Below, piece after piece: positions 1 through 9,191 of a stretch of DNA of 64,000 bases. Position numbers and translations under genes: made by a program. The stretch is from Nannocystales bacterium. GTDB taxonomy: Bacteria; Myxococcota_A; Polyangia; Nannocystales; Nannocystaceae. Within the stretch, counting starts at the first letter, position 1. Every line of letters begins with the position of its first letter. The notes under the pieces are model-generated. The model was not told the origin of the DNA. It was given only the letters and a program-made list of their open reading frames with translations, and ran no database searches. The stretch spans positions 395,436-459,435 of the forward strand of contig JBOEGF010000014.1 in NCBI GenBank assembly GCA_050633305.1, written 5' to 3'.

Positions 1-1923
1 TGGGAGTCCATGTACACCGAGGCGTGCGAGGCGACGACACTGCGAGGAGAGCAGAGTGCAGACGTGATGGCGCAACGCATGCGATGTCTTCACCGCGCCA
101 AGGCTGGGCTCCAGGCGGCGACCACCGTGTTCGCGGAGGCGGATGCGGACGTGCTGGAGCGTGCCTCCGAGATCGTCACTCAGCTCGACCCGCTACAGCG
201 TTGCGCCGACCTGGATGCGCTCGGCGACGACGTCCCGCCGCCCGCTGCGCATGAGGAGGCGAGCGTCGCAGAGGTGGAGGCTCTGGTCGCGCGTTCGCGT
301 GCCGAGGCTTCTGCGGGGCACTACCCGCTCGCCCAAGAGATCGCAACGCAGGCGTCGCTGCGCGCCGAGGGGCTCACGTACGTCCCGTTGCTGGCCGAGG
401 TCGCATGGGCCCGAGCGCTCTCCTACGACGTCTCGGACATGCGAGCGGGGCACGAGCACGATGGCCTCGAGCCGAGCCTCCGCGAGGCCTTGAGGCTTGC
501 ATTGACGTCGCGAAAGGAAAGCCTTGCACACGGTGCGGCGACCCGGCTGATAGGACTCGTGGGCGGCCGGGTGGGTCGGGCTGAGGAGGGGCTTCGGTAC
601 CGCGAGGTGGCCGAAGCACTGATACGGAACGACCCTCGCCGCGAGGCGCTCACGCGAGGGGCGCTGGCAAGAGTGCTTCGCAAGCAGGGCAAGCGGGCGG
701 AGGCCCTCGAAGAGCTGCGTGCGGCGGCGCAGCTGGTGAGCGATTCTGAACCGATGCTCCGACTCGAGCTGCAGGGGCAGATTGCAAGCCTTCTCGTCGG
801 CCTCTCGCGTGCCGACGAGGCCGAGGTGCTTCTGCGCGAGATGCTGGAAACCTACGACGGGTTCCTGGGCCCGGACCATCCAAGTCTGGGCGCGCTTCAC
901 CGCCGGTTGGCGTTCGCGTTGATGTGGCAGCATCGCTACCCCGAGGCGGAAGCCATTTATCGGGAGGCCGTCGAGTCCTTGGTGCGTGCGTTGGGCCGCG
1001 ACCACGCCAACGTGTCCATGGCTCGTTCCGAACTCGCTGCGGTCCTCGATCAGCAGGGGAAGCATGGCGAGACCGAGGAACAGCTACGGCTCGTCATCGA
1101 GCTGCATCAACGTCGCATCATTGCTGCGGACCCCGATTCGGCAGAGGTCTTCCGTTTGATCGCGGAGGGCCGATTCGCGGATGCGGACGCGCTCGACCGC
1201 GAGTCCAGGGGCTCGCACCGCCGCTCGGTTCGTGTCGAGTATCGGACCTTGGGCACGGCGTACCAGAATCTCGCGGTGGCGCTGCGAAAACGAGGCGAGT
1301 TCGGGCGCGCCGAGCTCGAGAGCCGGCGCAATCGCGAGTTCGCAAAGCGGTCGGGTGGAGACACGGGCTATCTCTCATCGATCGGGCATCGCATCGGGTA
1401 CTTGCAGTCCCGACAGGGCCGGCACGCCGAGGCCCTCGCGGAACATCGCGCGACGCGAGCGATGCTCGAGCGCGAGCGGGACCCCACGGACCCACGAGTT
1501 CTCGGGGCGCGAGCCCATGTTGCCGATGAGCTGATGCAGCTCGGGAAGACGGCCGAAGCAGAGGCCGAGTTCCGGGGAGTGCTGGAGTTGATGGAGTCTG
1601 CCGACGTGTCACCGCTCGAGCGGGCCGGGGTCGAAACGGGCCTAGCCCAGGTTTTGCTGTCGCGAGGAGACGTCACAGGGGCGCAGCCGTTGGCCGAGTC
1701 GTCGTGGGGACGGCTCGAGGCCCTCAAACCGTCCGCGTTTCGTGCCGGTTCAGCCTTTGCGGTCGCGCAGGTCCGCTGGCAGGTCGCTCACGGCCCTGTG
1801 CACAGAGAGGACGCGCGGGAGCTCGCTCTTCAGGCGCTCGCGTACTTCACTCCGAGAGCAGAGTTTGCGACGGAAGCTGCCGAGATCGAGGCTTGGCTAG
1901 ACGGCAAACGCGAACCGTTGTGA
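1..1923 (+). CDS. C-terminal part of a Ser/Thr kinase-TPR protein (5'-truncated by window edge)
   Basis: Frame is open from base 1. The segment ACEAT..RGEQS...RMRCL parallels the kinase-TPR at 4791-7583. TPR-like repeats (LGPDHPSL, LGRDHANV). Confidence 0.8.
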   Translation, partial: WESMYTEACEATTLRGEQSADVMAQRMRCLHRAKAGLQAATTVFAEADADVLERASEIVTQLDPLQRCADLDALGDDVPPPAAHEEASVAEVEALVARSRAEASAGHYPLAQEIATQASLRAEGLTYVPLLAEVAWARALSYDVSDMRAGHEHDGLEPSLREALRLALTSRKESLAHGAATRLIGLVGGRVGRAEEGLRYREVAEALIRNDPRREALTRGALARVLRKQGKRAEALEELRAAAQLVSDSEPMLRLELQGQIASLLVGLSRADEAEVLLREMLETYDGFLGPDHPSLGALHRRLAFALMWQHRYPEAEAIYREAVESLVRALGRDHANVSMARSELAAVLDQQGKHGETEEQLRLVIELHQRRIIAADPDSAEVFRLIAEGRFADADALDRESRGSHRRSVRVEYRTLGTAYQNLAVALRKRGEFGRAELESRRNREFAKRSGGDTGYLSSIGHRIGYLQSRQGRHAEALAEHRATRAMLERERDPTDPRVLGARAHVADELMQLGKTAEAEAEFRGVLELMESADVSPLERAGVETGLAQVLLSRGDVTGAQPLAESSWGRLEALKPSAFRAGSAFAVAQVRWQVAHGPVHREDARELALQALAYFTPRAEFATEAAEIEAWLDGKREPL

Positions 1924-2004
1924 GTGGATCGGGTTGCGCCGCGGTCGGTTCGCCAAGCAAGCGGCAGCGGCGAGTCGCCACGGAGAGCCGGCGGCGAAAC
2001 TGCC

Positions 2005-2364
2005 TCATCGGACGTCCGCGCCGTTGGGGACGCAGTGGCCCTCGTCGACCGCCGGGTCCTTGAAACCGCAAGTGTGTCCCGTGACGCAGACGCTGTCTTT
2101 GGTGCACGCTGCGTCGGCAGCGAGCTTGGCCTGACAGGTTCCCACTGCGGACTTCTTATCGGGTCCATTGGCCTCGAGAACCAGTGCTCCTTCCGAGTCA
2201 CGGGTGGGATGGCAATACAGATCCGCCGCGCAGCCTTTCGTTGGGGTGTCCGCGGCGTAGTTGCAGGCCGCCCCTTTCGCGGCGGGACCCTGACTCTTGT
2301 CACAACCAGGACCCACGACGACGAGGGCGAGCGAGAGGGCGAAAGAGCGGTAGAGCGCGTGCAT
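2005..2364 (-). CDS. Small Cys-rich lipoprotein
   Basis: GAGGA RBS, signal peptide ending in GPGC, 8 further Cys. Confidence 0.7.
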   Translation of the reverse strand: MHALYRSFALSLALVVVGPGCDKSQGPAAKGAACNYAADTPTKGCAADLYCHPTRDSEGALVLEANGPDKKSAVGTCQAKLAADAACTKDSVCVTGHTCGFKDPAVDEGHCVPNGADVR

Positions 2365-2631
2365 CTAGGAGTCCTCGAGAACGAAACGACGCGTCCGGGA
2401 TCGCAGGTATTTCCTGGAACGCGAAAAAGGTGACCCACTGTGCCATTTCTCGCCGAGGCGCGGCAACCCGCTGTCGAGCGCTCCGCGCCGGAGACAACCG
2501 ATCTGGATCCGGTTGGGGTTCCGCGCATCAGCTTCGTCTCCGGCGCCAGCCACTGGGCCCGCTCTCTCCGAGGAAACGAAAGACATGGTTCAGGAATCGA
2601 TTGGCATCGCCCGCCCCACTACAGCGCGGAC

Positions 2632-4746
2632 ATGCAGATTGCGCAGTTTCGATCCTGTGTCGCGTTCCTTCACGGGTACGTACCGAGGCTGACGCGACGA
2701 CGGTCGAGCGGCTCAACTGGGACCCGCTCGGGCGCTGTGGCGGGATTGGTTGCGTTGGCGGTTGGCGCGCTTGTCGGATGCACGCCGGAGGAATCCGCGG
2801 GGGGAGAGGGGCAAGAGAGCTCCATGGCGTTACGAGGCGGGACACTGGCCGTCGAACCTCGGCGGCCGCTCGCCAAGGCACCGCTCCCGCACCCGATGCC
2901 GGGTCGCAGCGCGAAGGACCACCGCCTGGTCGTCAAGTTCACCGATGCCGCAGCGGTCCGTCGGACGGACCCGGGGCGTGTGAACTCGACCACCGGCCTC
3001 AACATGTCGACGCTGGAAGACTTGGCGGTCCAGACGGGGCTGCGACTGACACCCCTGTTCGATGCACCCCCCGAGGCGATTGATGCGTTCGCGCGGCGTG
3101 CCCGAGAACGCTCCGGGCGGGAGCAGCCCGACCTCGAGGGCCTGTTCCGCGTGGAACTCGAGACGGCCGACGCGACCGAACTTCGGCACGTGGGCGACCA
3201 GCTGCAAGCGCTGGACGTGGTGGAGTTCGTCTCGTTTCAAGCGACGCACGCCCCGCCTCCCGCCGACATCGACCCCCCGACGCCGGATCTCACCGGGTTC
3301 CAGGACTATCGTGGAGAGTCCCCCGGAATGAGTTTCGACGACGCCATCGCGCTGGGCTACGACGGTAGCGGGATCCAGGTCTCGGACATCGAGTACGCAT
3401 GGACACTCTCTCACGAGGAGCTGGAGGACGCCGGTATCGAGCCCGAACCCGGCGCCGCCTTGGGCACCAACTTCGCCGACCACGGCACGGCGGTGCTGGG
3501 CATCCTGGTCGCGGACGTGGGGGACTACGGCGTCGACGGGCTGTGCCCGGGCAGCGAGGTCCGCGTGTTCCCTCAGTACACGCCGTCGGGGGTCGATCGG
3601 GCGGAGACTGCCGTGCTCAACGCGCTGGCTGGATCGGAGCCTGGTGACGTCGTCTTGTTCGAGATGCAGATCGAGGGCGTCCAATTCGCAGGTGCACCCA
3701 AGGAGGTCGACTCGGTCTTCTGGATGCTCTCGCGCATGGCGACCGACGCGGGCATTCTCGTCGTGGGAGCCGCAGGCAATGGCTCGGTCAACCTGGACGC
3801 GCCCACACTGGAGTTCTACCGTGAGCGTGGGGACAGCGGGGCGCTCATCGTCGGGGCGGGCGAGCCCGATTCATTGGCCCCGACCGACTTCAGCAGCTAC
3901 GGAAGCCGCGTCGACGTCCAGGCTTGGGGCCGCGACGTGTTCACGACCGGGTACGGGACCCACGCCTCCTATGGCAACGACCCCCGGCAGCGCTACGACG
4001 AAGGATTTGGCGGGACGAGCAGCGCCTCTGCCCTGGTGACAGCAGCTTCCGTTTTGGTGCTCGACGCCTTTGCGCAAGCCGGTCGCGAACTCTCTCCTAC
4101 TCAGCTCAGGCAGCTCCTCATCGCCACGGGGACTCCGCAGGCAGAGGGGGTGCTCGTCGGGCCGAGAATCAACGTTGGTGCCGCCGTGCGGGCCGTCGAG
4201 GACGATGGCCCGCCGCATGTTGAGTTCTCCGCGCCGTCCGAGGATGTTGTGGTCGATGCCGCAATGCACTCCGCCACGCTCGAAGTGGAGGCCGAAGACA
4301 TGGCGGGCATCTTCAGCGTGGGCTTGCAGGTCAACGGCGAACTTCTCCCCCAGATAGACGCCGATCCGCCGTTCATCTTTTCCGACGTCGTGTTCCCAGA
4401 AGGCGCGTGGGAAGTCGTGGCGGTCGCTGAGGATGGCCTCGGCAATGTGGGGGAATCTGAACTGCTCACGATCTACGTTGGGGTGGAGCCTCCGCCACCG
4501 GAGACCTCGAGTTCTTCGGGCTCAGCAGGGACCGAGGGGGACGCCAGTACCACCGAGCCGTTCGAGACCGACGGCTCCCAGGGCACCACGACAGACGACG
4601 GGGATGCGTCGAGCGGGCCCAGTGGGGACGCCGAGGGCGACGGTTCGGGCTGTCGCGTGACGGGCTCGGGCACCTCGGGGCTCACACCTTGGTTCTTGTT
4701 GGCCTTGTTCGGCGGATGGACCCGGCGGCGGCGAGTCCGCGGATAA
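2632..4746 (+). CDS. Subtilisin-like S8 peptidase with Ig-like domain and MYXO-CTERM-like tail
   Basis: Triad motifs VSDIE, HGTAV, GTSSAS; oxyanion AAGN; lipobox LVGC; C-terminal GSGC...hydrophobic...RRRR. Start uncertain. Confidence 0.9.
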   Translation: MQIAQFRSCVAFLHGYVPRLTRRRSSGSTGTRSGAVAGLVALAVGALVGCTPEESAGGEGQESSMALRGGTLAVEPRRPLAKAPLPHPMPGRSAKDHRLVVKFTDAAAVRRTDPGRVNSTTGLNMSTLEDLAVQTGLRLTPLFDAPPEAIDAFARRARERSGREQPDLEGLFRVELETADATELRHVGDQLQALDVVEFVSFQATHAPPPADIDPPTPDLTGFQDYRGESPGMSFDDAIALGYDGSGIQVSDIEYAWTLSHEELEDAGIEPEPGAALGTNFADHGTAVLGILVADVGDYGVDGLCPGSEVRVFPQYTPSGVDRAETAVLNALAGSEPGDVVLFEMQIEGVQFAGAPKEVDSVFWMLSRMATDAGILVVGAAGNGSVNLDAPTLEFYRERGDSGALIVGAGEPDSLAPTDFSSYGSRVDVQAWGRDVFTTGYGTHASYGNDPRQRYDEGFGGTSSASALVTAASVLVLDAFAQAGRELSPTQLRQLLIATGTPQAEGVLVGPRINVGAAVRAVEDDGPPHVEFSAPSEDVVVDAAMHSATLEVEAEDMAGIFSVGLQVNGELLPQIDADPPFIFSDVVFPEGAWEVVAVAEDGLGNVGESELLTIYVGVEPPPPETSSSSGSAGTEGDASTTEPFETDGSQGTTTDDGDASSGPSGDAEGDGSGCRVTGSGTSGLTPWFLLALFGGWTRRRRVRG

Positions 4747-4790
4747 CGCTGCAGACCGACAACGATGGGGAGGACGCCGGTTCCGCTACA

Positions 4791-7583
4791 CTACCGAGTC
4801 GAAGCGAGCAGGGCTTGTGCCCGCTTCAGGCGGTTGCCTGGTCTGTCCTGTGCGAGCTCGACCGCGAGGTTGACGAGCGGTTCCGCCTGTTTGTGTCGAT
4901 TGGTCGTGATCAGCACTTCCCCAAGAAGAAGCAGCACGTCCACGCGATCGCCGTGCTCCGGGGGCAGGGAGGCGTCTGCAACCCGTAGCGCTTCTCGGAG
5001 TTCCTCCTCCGCGGCAACGAACTCCTCGCGCGCGAACAGGACCTTTCCAAGGGTAAGTCGGCCAAGCACGACCTCGGCATGGTCCGGACCCAGCGCCTCC
5101 ACCCGGAGCGCGAGGCCTCGTTTGGCGTCTCGGAGCGCGGCATCCAGCTCGCCCTCGGCCAGCGAGACTTCGGCCAGGTTGATGTAGATCGTGCCGAAGT
5201 CGGGATGACCCTTGGGGAGGGTCTCCTCGTAGAATGCGAGCATCTCCCGGTAGCCCTTCCGAGCGGCGTCGAAGTCTTTGCGCTTGGCTGCGTTGCCGGC
5301 CAGGTTGAGTTGGGCGCTTCGATAGAAGGCATGGTCGGTGCCCACGGCCTGCTCGTAGACTCTCAGGGCCTCTTCGTAACCCGCCTTGGCGGTCTCGGGG
5401 GCGCCGGCGTCATCGTCGAGCAGCGCGATGTTGATCAGCGAGTGGCCGATGTCTGCGTGCGGGCCTTCGTGGAGTCCGCGGTCGATCTCGAGCGAGGTTC
5501 GGTGAGCTTCGCGGGCTTTGTCCAACTCGCCGACTTTGTGGAACGCGTTGCCAAGCGTTCCATACGACGCCGACGTGTTTCGGTGGGCGTGGCCGAACAC
5601 GATCTCGGCGGAGGCTACGGTCCTCTCGGCGGCCTCGACGGCTTGCGCATAGTCGCCAGCCTCTTGGGCGAGAATCGCACGGGTAAACTGGATGTTGAGC
5701 TGCGTCGTTGGGTCGCCGCCTGCTCGCTGCCCTGCAACTTCAGCGGCGCGTGCCATCCAAGATGCGGTCTTGGGATCTCCCAGGCCGAACCCGTGGGCTT
5801 TCGCGAGGAGCAGCCAAACGTTGGCCTCGATGCGAGGATCGTCTGCGCGTGCGGCTGCTTCGGGAGCGGAGCGCAGCACCTCGACCGCGTCCTCGAATCG
5901 GTTGTTCCGCAGCAACGCGTTGCCGTAGTTCTGCAGGTACCGGGCGAGCTGGGGCCCGTGGTCGAGGGTCTGGATGCTCTCGCGAATCTCAGCGAATGCT
6001 GCGAGCGCGTCGGCTTCACGCCCCGCGACGCCCAGCGCATCGGCCCGGTCGATCTCGTGGTGCAGCCGCTTCCACTCCTTGCGGATGTCCGGGGCATCTG
6101 GAGGCGGGACCATGCTGGCGAGCAACTCCGTGTTCGCGCAGGTGTCGACCGACGGCATGGCGCCGCCGATGTTGTTTGCGGCCGCCACGGTCGAGGCTTG
6201 GGGCGTCGCGAAGGCGTCGAGCAAGGTGTCGACGCGATCGAGCCTGCGCTGCAGACAGAGCATGCGACGATCGAAGAGGCTCCCCGACTGCTCTCCGCGG
6301 ACGCGGTGTGCCTCGCAGGCGTCGAGGTGTCCGGCTTTCCACTCGTCTGTGAACGAGGCTAGAGCATCCTCGACCGCTTGATGGGCTTTGGGTGCGGCAT
6401 CGGCATTGGCACCGGCGAACGAGTCCCGAAGGCTGGACGAGCGCTTCGGGTTCCAGACCTCCTCCACTCGTGGGCTCCCGTCCGAGCATGCGGGCTCCGG
6501 GATGGCTCCGAGGCCCGCGGCGATGGATAGGGCGCTGCCGGTTAGCCCAAGAGCCACTGCGCCAAACAGCCAGCGTCCCTTTTGCTCCGCAGGGTTGCGC
6601 TGCAGAGCGACCAAGAGACTGCGCATGTCGGGCCACCGCTGAGAAGGGTCGTTGGCGAGACCGCGTTCCACCACGTTCTGAACGCGTCGGGGCACCTTGG
6701 TCTCGCGGGGAATCTCGAGTCGACGGCCGTCGCAGACATTGGCTCGTAGTTCGGCCAGGGTATCGCCAGCAAACGGTCGGTGCCCGTACAGGGCCTCGTA
6801 CAACGACACGCAGAAGGAGAACTGGTCCGAGCGTGCGTCGAGCTCCTTGCCCGCTTCGGGTGCCATGTACGCGGGGGTTCCGAGCATGCTTCCGGTGCGC
6901 GTGAGCGTGACCTCGGCTTCGGCCGAAATCCGTCCCGAGCCGGAGGCCGCGGTGTCCTGCACACTTTCTCGAACACTGGAGGCCGGGTCGTCGTCGATGT
7001 CGAGCGCACCGACGAGGCCGAAGTCGGTCACGCAGACACGGCCATCGGATCCCATCAGGACGTTGTCCGGCTTGAAGTCGCGGTGGACGAGGTCTTGCTC
7101 ATGCGCTGCCGCAAGGCCGGCGCCTGCGGCCGCGTAGACCTCGACCACCTGCTTCCACGACGGGGACGTTGAGTTCCAGTCCCGTAGGGTGCCGCCGTCG
7201 ACGAACTCCATCGCGATGAAGCTCTGACCACTGTCCATCTGGTCGACCTCGAACACGGTGATGACGTTCGGGTGGGAGAGCTTTGCCATCGCCCGGGCTT
7301 CTCGCAGCATGCGCTGAACTGCGGCGCCGCCCGAACTCGAGAACAGGCTCGCGCGGAGGACCTTGATGGCGACGCGGCGGTGCAGGTCCGGGTCATACGC
7401 GAGCACCACTTCGCCCATCGCCCCCGCCCCGAGCTGGTCGATCATCACGAACCGACCGATGCTGACCCCCCGCCGGAGTTCTGCGACGGACGGTTCGGCA
7501 CCTTCGTTCACAGTGGCGACCTCCGCTTCGGGGGGGCGGAGCGTAGACGCCGTGGCCTGGCGAGTGACGTCCTGCGGATTCAC
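4791..7583 (-). CDS. Ser/Thr protein kinase with TM helix and TPR repeats
   Basis: GAGAMG, VAIK, HRDFKPDN, DFG, GTPAYMAPE; TM segment; TPRs. Start re-assigned to GTG at 7583 because the longer ORF overlaps the vWA gene. Confidence 0.92.
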   Translation of the reverse strand: MNPQDVTRQATASTLRPPEAEVATVNEGAEPSVAELRRGVSIGRFVMIDQLGAGAMGEVVLAYDPDLHRRVAIKVLRASLFSSSGGAAVQRMLREARAMAKLSHPNVITVFEVDQMDSGQSFIAMEFVDGGTLRDWNSTSPSWKQVVEVYAAAGAGLAAAHEQDLVHRDFKPDNVLMGSDGRVCVTDFGLVGALDIDDDPASSVRESVQDTAASGSGRISAEAEVTLTRTGSMLGTPAYMAPEAGKELDARSDQFSFCVSLYEALYGHRPFAGDTLAELRANVCDGRRLEIPRETKVPRRVQNVVERGLANDPSQRWPDMRSLLVALQRNPAEQKGRWLFGAVALGLTGSALSIAAGLGAIPEPACSDGSPRVEEVWNPKRSSSLRDSFAGANADAAPKAHQAVEDALASFTDEWKAGHLDACEAHRVRGEQSGSLFDRRMLCLQRRLDRVDTLLDAFATPQASTVAAANNIGGAMPSVDTCANTELLASMVPPPDAPDIRKEWKRLHHEIDRADALGVAGREADALAAFAEIRESIQTLDHGPQLARYLQNYGNALLRNNRFEDAVEVLRSAPEAAARADDPRIEANVWLLLAKAHGFGLGDPKTASWMARAAEVAGQRAGGDPTTQLNIQFTRAILAQEAGDYAQAVEAAERTVASAEIVFGHAHRNTSASYGTLGNAFHKVGELDKAREAHRTSLEIDRGLHEGPHADIGHSLINIALLDDDAGAPETAKAGYEEALRVYEQAVGTDHAFYRSAQLNLAGNAAKRKDFDAARKGYREMLAFYEETLPKGHPDFGTIYINLAEVSLAEGELDAALRDAKRGLALRVEALGPDHAEVVLGRLTLGKVLFAREEFVAAEEELREALRVADASLPPEHGDRVDVLLLLGEVLITTNRHKQAEPLVNLAVELAQDRPGNRLKRAQALLASTR

Positions 7584-7730
7584 GGGAACCAGGGTACCGC
7601 TGTGTTCGTGGTACCGCCGGATGGGCTGTTTGTTTCGGCTGTTTGTGACCGGAAAGTTCGCTTTTTGCCAGGCCAAAGGCCTCTGTCGTGCGTTGAGAGC
7701 CGCCACGCCTCCGAGGCGTTGGAGCAGGTG

Positions 7731-9161
7731 ATGACGATGATGAACCGACGATGGATGATGGGGGTCGTGGCGTTGAGCGCTACGGCGGGATGTACACCGG
7801 TAGAGGTCGACACTGCCGAGCCGGAGCCTCTGGCGGTGGCGAACGGGCCAGATGAGGCCCCCGCCAAGGCAGACTCGATGCAGTCGACGACTCCGTCGCA
7901 AGCGGGGAGCCTGTCGGTCGAGGTCGTCCCGCAGTACGGCAAAGTCCTTGCTGGGACTGCTGGGCATCTCGACGTACTGGTCCGGGTTCAAGCGGTCGAG
8001 GTTCCAGGGGGCGAGCGTCCTCCGCTCGACCTGGCGCTCGTTCTCGACCGGAGCGGGAGCATGGCCGGGGAGAAGCTCGCGGCGGCGAAACAGGCGGCCA
8101 TGGAGACGATCCGTAAACTCGACCCGGAAGACCGCATGACCTTCATCTCGTACGACGACCGGGTCAACGTGCACACCCACCGCGCGAAGGTGGGCAACGG
8201 CAAAGCACTTCGGCGAGCGGTGCTCCGGGTCACCGATGGGGGAGGGACAGCGCTCGGTCCGGCTCTACGGAGCGGGTTGAACGAGCTGACCCATGCGCAG
8301 CGGGGGGACGACGCCCTCGCCCACCTGATGTTGCTCAGCGACGGGTTGGCCAACGAAGGCGAATCCCGACCCGAAGTGCTGGCGAACTGGACGTCGAAGG
8401 CGTTCGGCGAAGGCGTCGCAACGACGACGCTTGGGGTCGGGCTCGACTACAACGAAGACTTGATGACGCGGATCGCCGATGCAGGGGGCGGCCGGTACCA
8501 TTTCATCGAGACTGGGGAGCAGGTCCCCGAGGTCCTGGCGGATGAGTTTGCGGGACTCACCGCGACCGTGGCCCGCAACGTCACGTTCGAAGTCGACGCC
8601 GCGCCGGGCATCGAAGCCGGAGAGATCCCCGGCTACCCCAACGTCGTGGATGGAGATGTCGTCATGGCCAAAGTCGGCTCGATCTCCGCGGGTCGGAAGC
8701 GCGAGCTGCTGGTGCGGATGGACTACCAGCCGCCCCAGGGGGACACGATGGCGCTTGGCTCCTACACGCTACGGTTTCGCGATGTCCTCGACGAGGGGGC
8801 TCCCGTCGAGATCGTGATCAAGCCAACCGTCGCGGTCACGCAGGATGCCGCCGAGGCCGAGGCATCCGAGAACTACGCCGTGACCGTTCGAGCACAGGAA
8901 CTCGACGTCGCGTCCGCGCTTCAGGCGGCAAGCGAACAGGTCGACCAAGGGAACTACGAGGAGGCCCGTCGAGATCTCAAGCGCAAGACAGAAGCGCTGC
9001 AACAGCAGGCGGCCGAGAATCCGGAGGTCGACTACGCGCCGATGCTGGATGACCTCCAGGAGGCCGAGGGCGACCTGAATCGCGCCAAGGAGAGCGTCCA
9101 GGAGCGCAAGCGCTACCAGAAGAAGAACAAAGCCAAGGCCTACAAGAAGCGCAAGAAGTAG
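7731..9161 (+). CDS. vWA-domain lipoprotein
   Basis: MIDAS DRSGS, GGT, LLSDG motifs; lipobox TAGC; GGAG RBS before ATG 7731. Confidence 0.9.
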   Translation: MTMMNRRWMMGVVALSATAGCTPVEVDTAEPEPLAVANGPDEAPAKADSMQSTTPSQAGSLSVEVVPQYGKVLAGTAGHLDVLVRVQAVEVPGGERPPLDLALVLDRSGSMAGEKLAAAKQAAMETIRKLDPEDRMTFISYDDRVNVHTHRAKVGNGKALRRAVLRVTDGGGTALGPALRSGLNELTHAQRGDDALAHLMLLSDGLANEGESRPEVLANWTSKAFGEGVATTTLGVGLDYNEDLMTRIADAGGGRYHFIETGEQVPEVLADEFAGLTATVARNVTFEVDAAPGIEAGEIPGYPNVVDGDVVMAKVGSISAGRKRELLVRMDYQPPQGDTMALGSYTLRFRDVLDEGAPVEIVIKPTVAVTQDAAEAEASENYAVTVRAQELDVASALQAASEQVDQGNYEEARRDLKRKTEALQQQAAENPEVDYAPMLDDLQEAEGDLNRAKESVQERKRYQKKNKAKAYKKRKK

Positions 9162-9191
9162 GACTTGCCGGTGAGGTCGTCGCGGTGTGTC

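Noticed and set aside
5079..6362. Long antisense ORFs (also 9615-11324, 46080-47597, 52095-53498 and others)
   Set aside because: They lie opposite well-supported genes and have the composition typical of high-GC shadow frames.
7584..8180. N-terminal extension of the 1129-aa kinase ORF (and of the 629-aa vWA ORF back to 7272)
   Set aside because: Each extension is the antisense shadow of the other, divergent gene. Better starts lie at 7583 and 7731.
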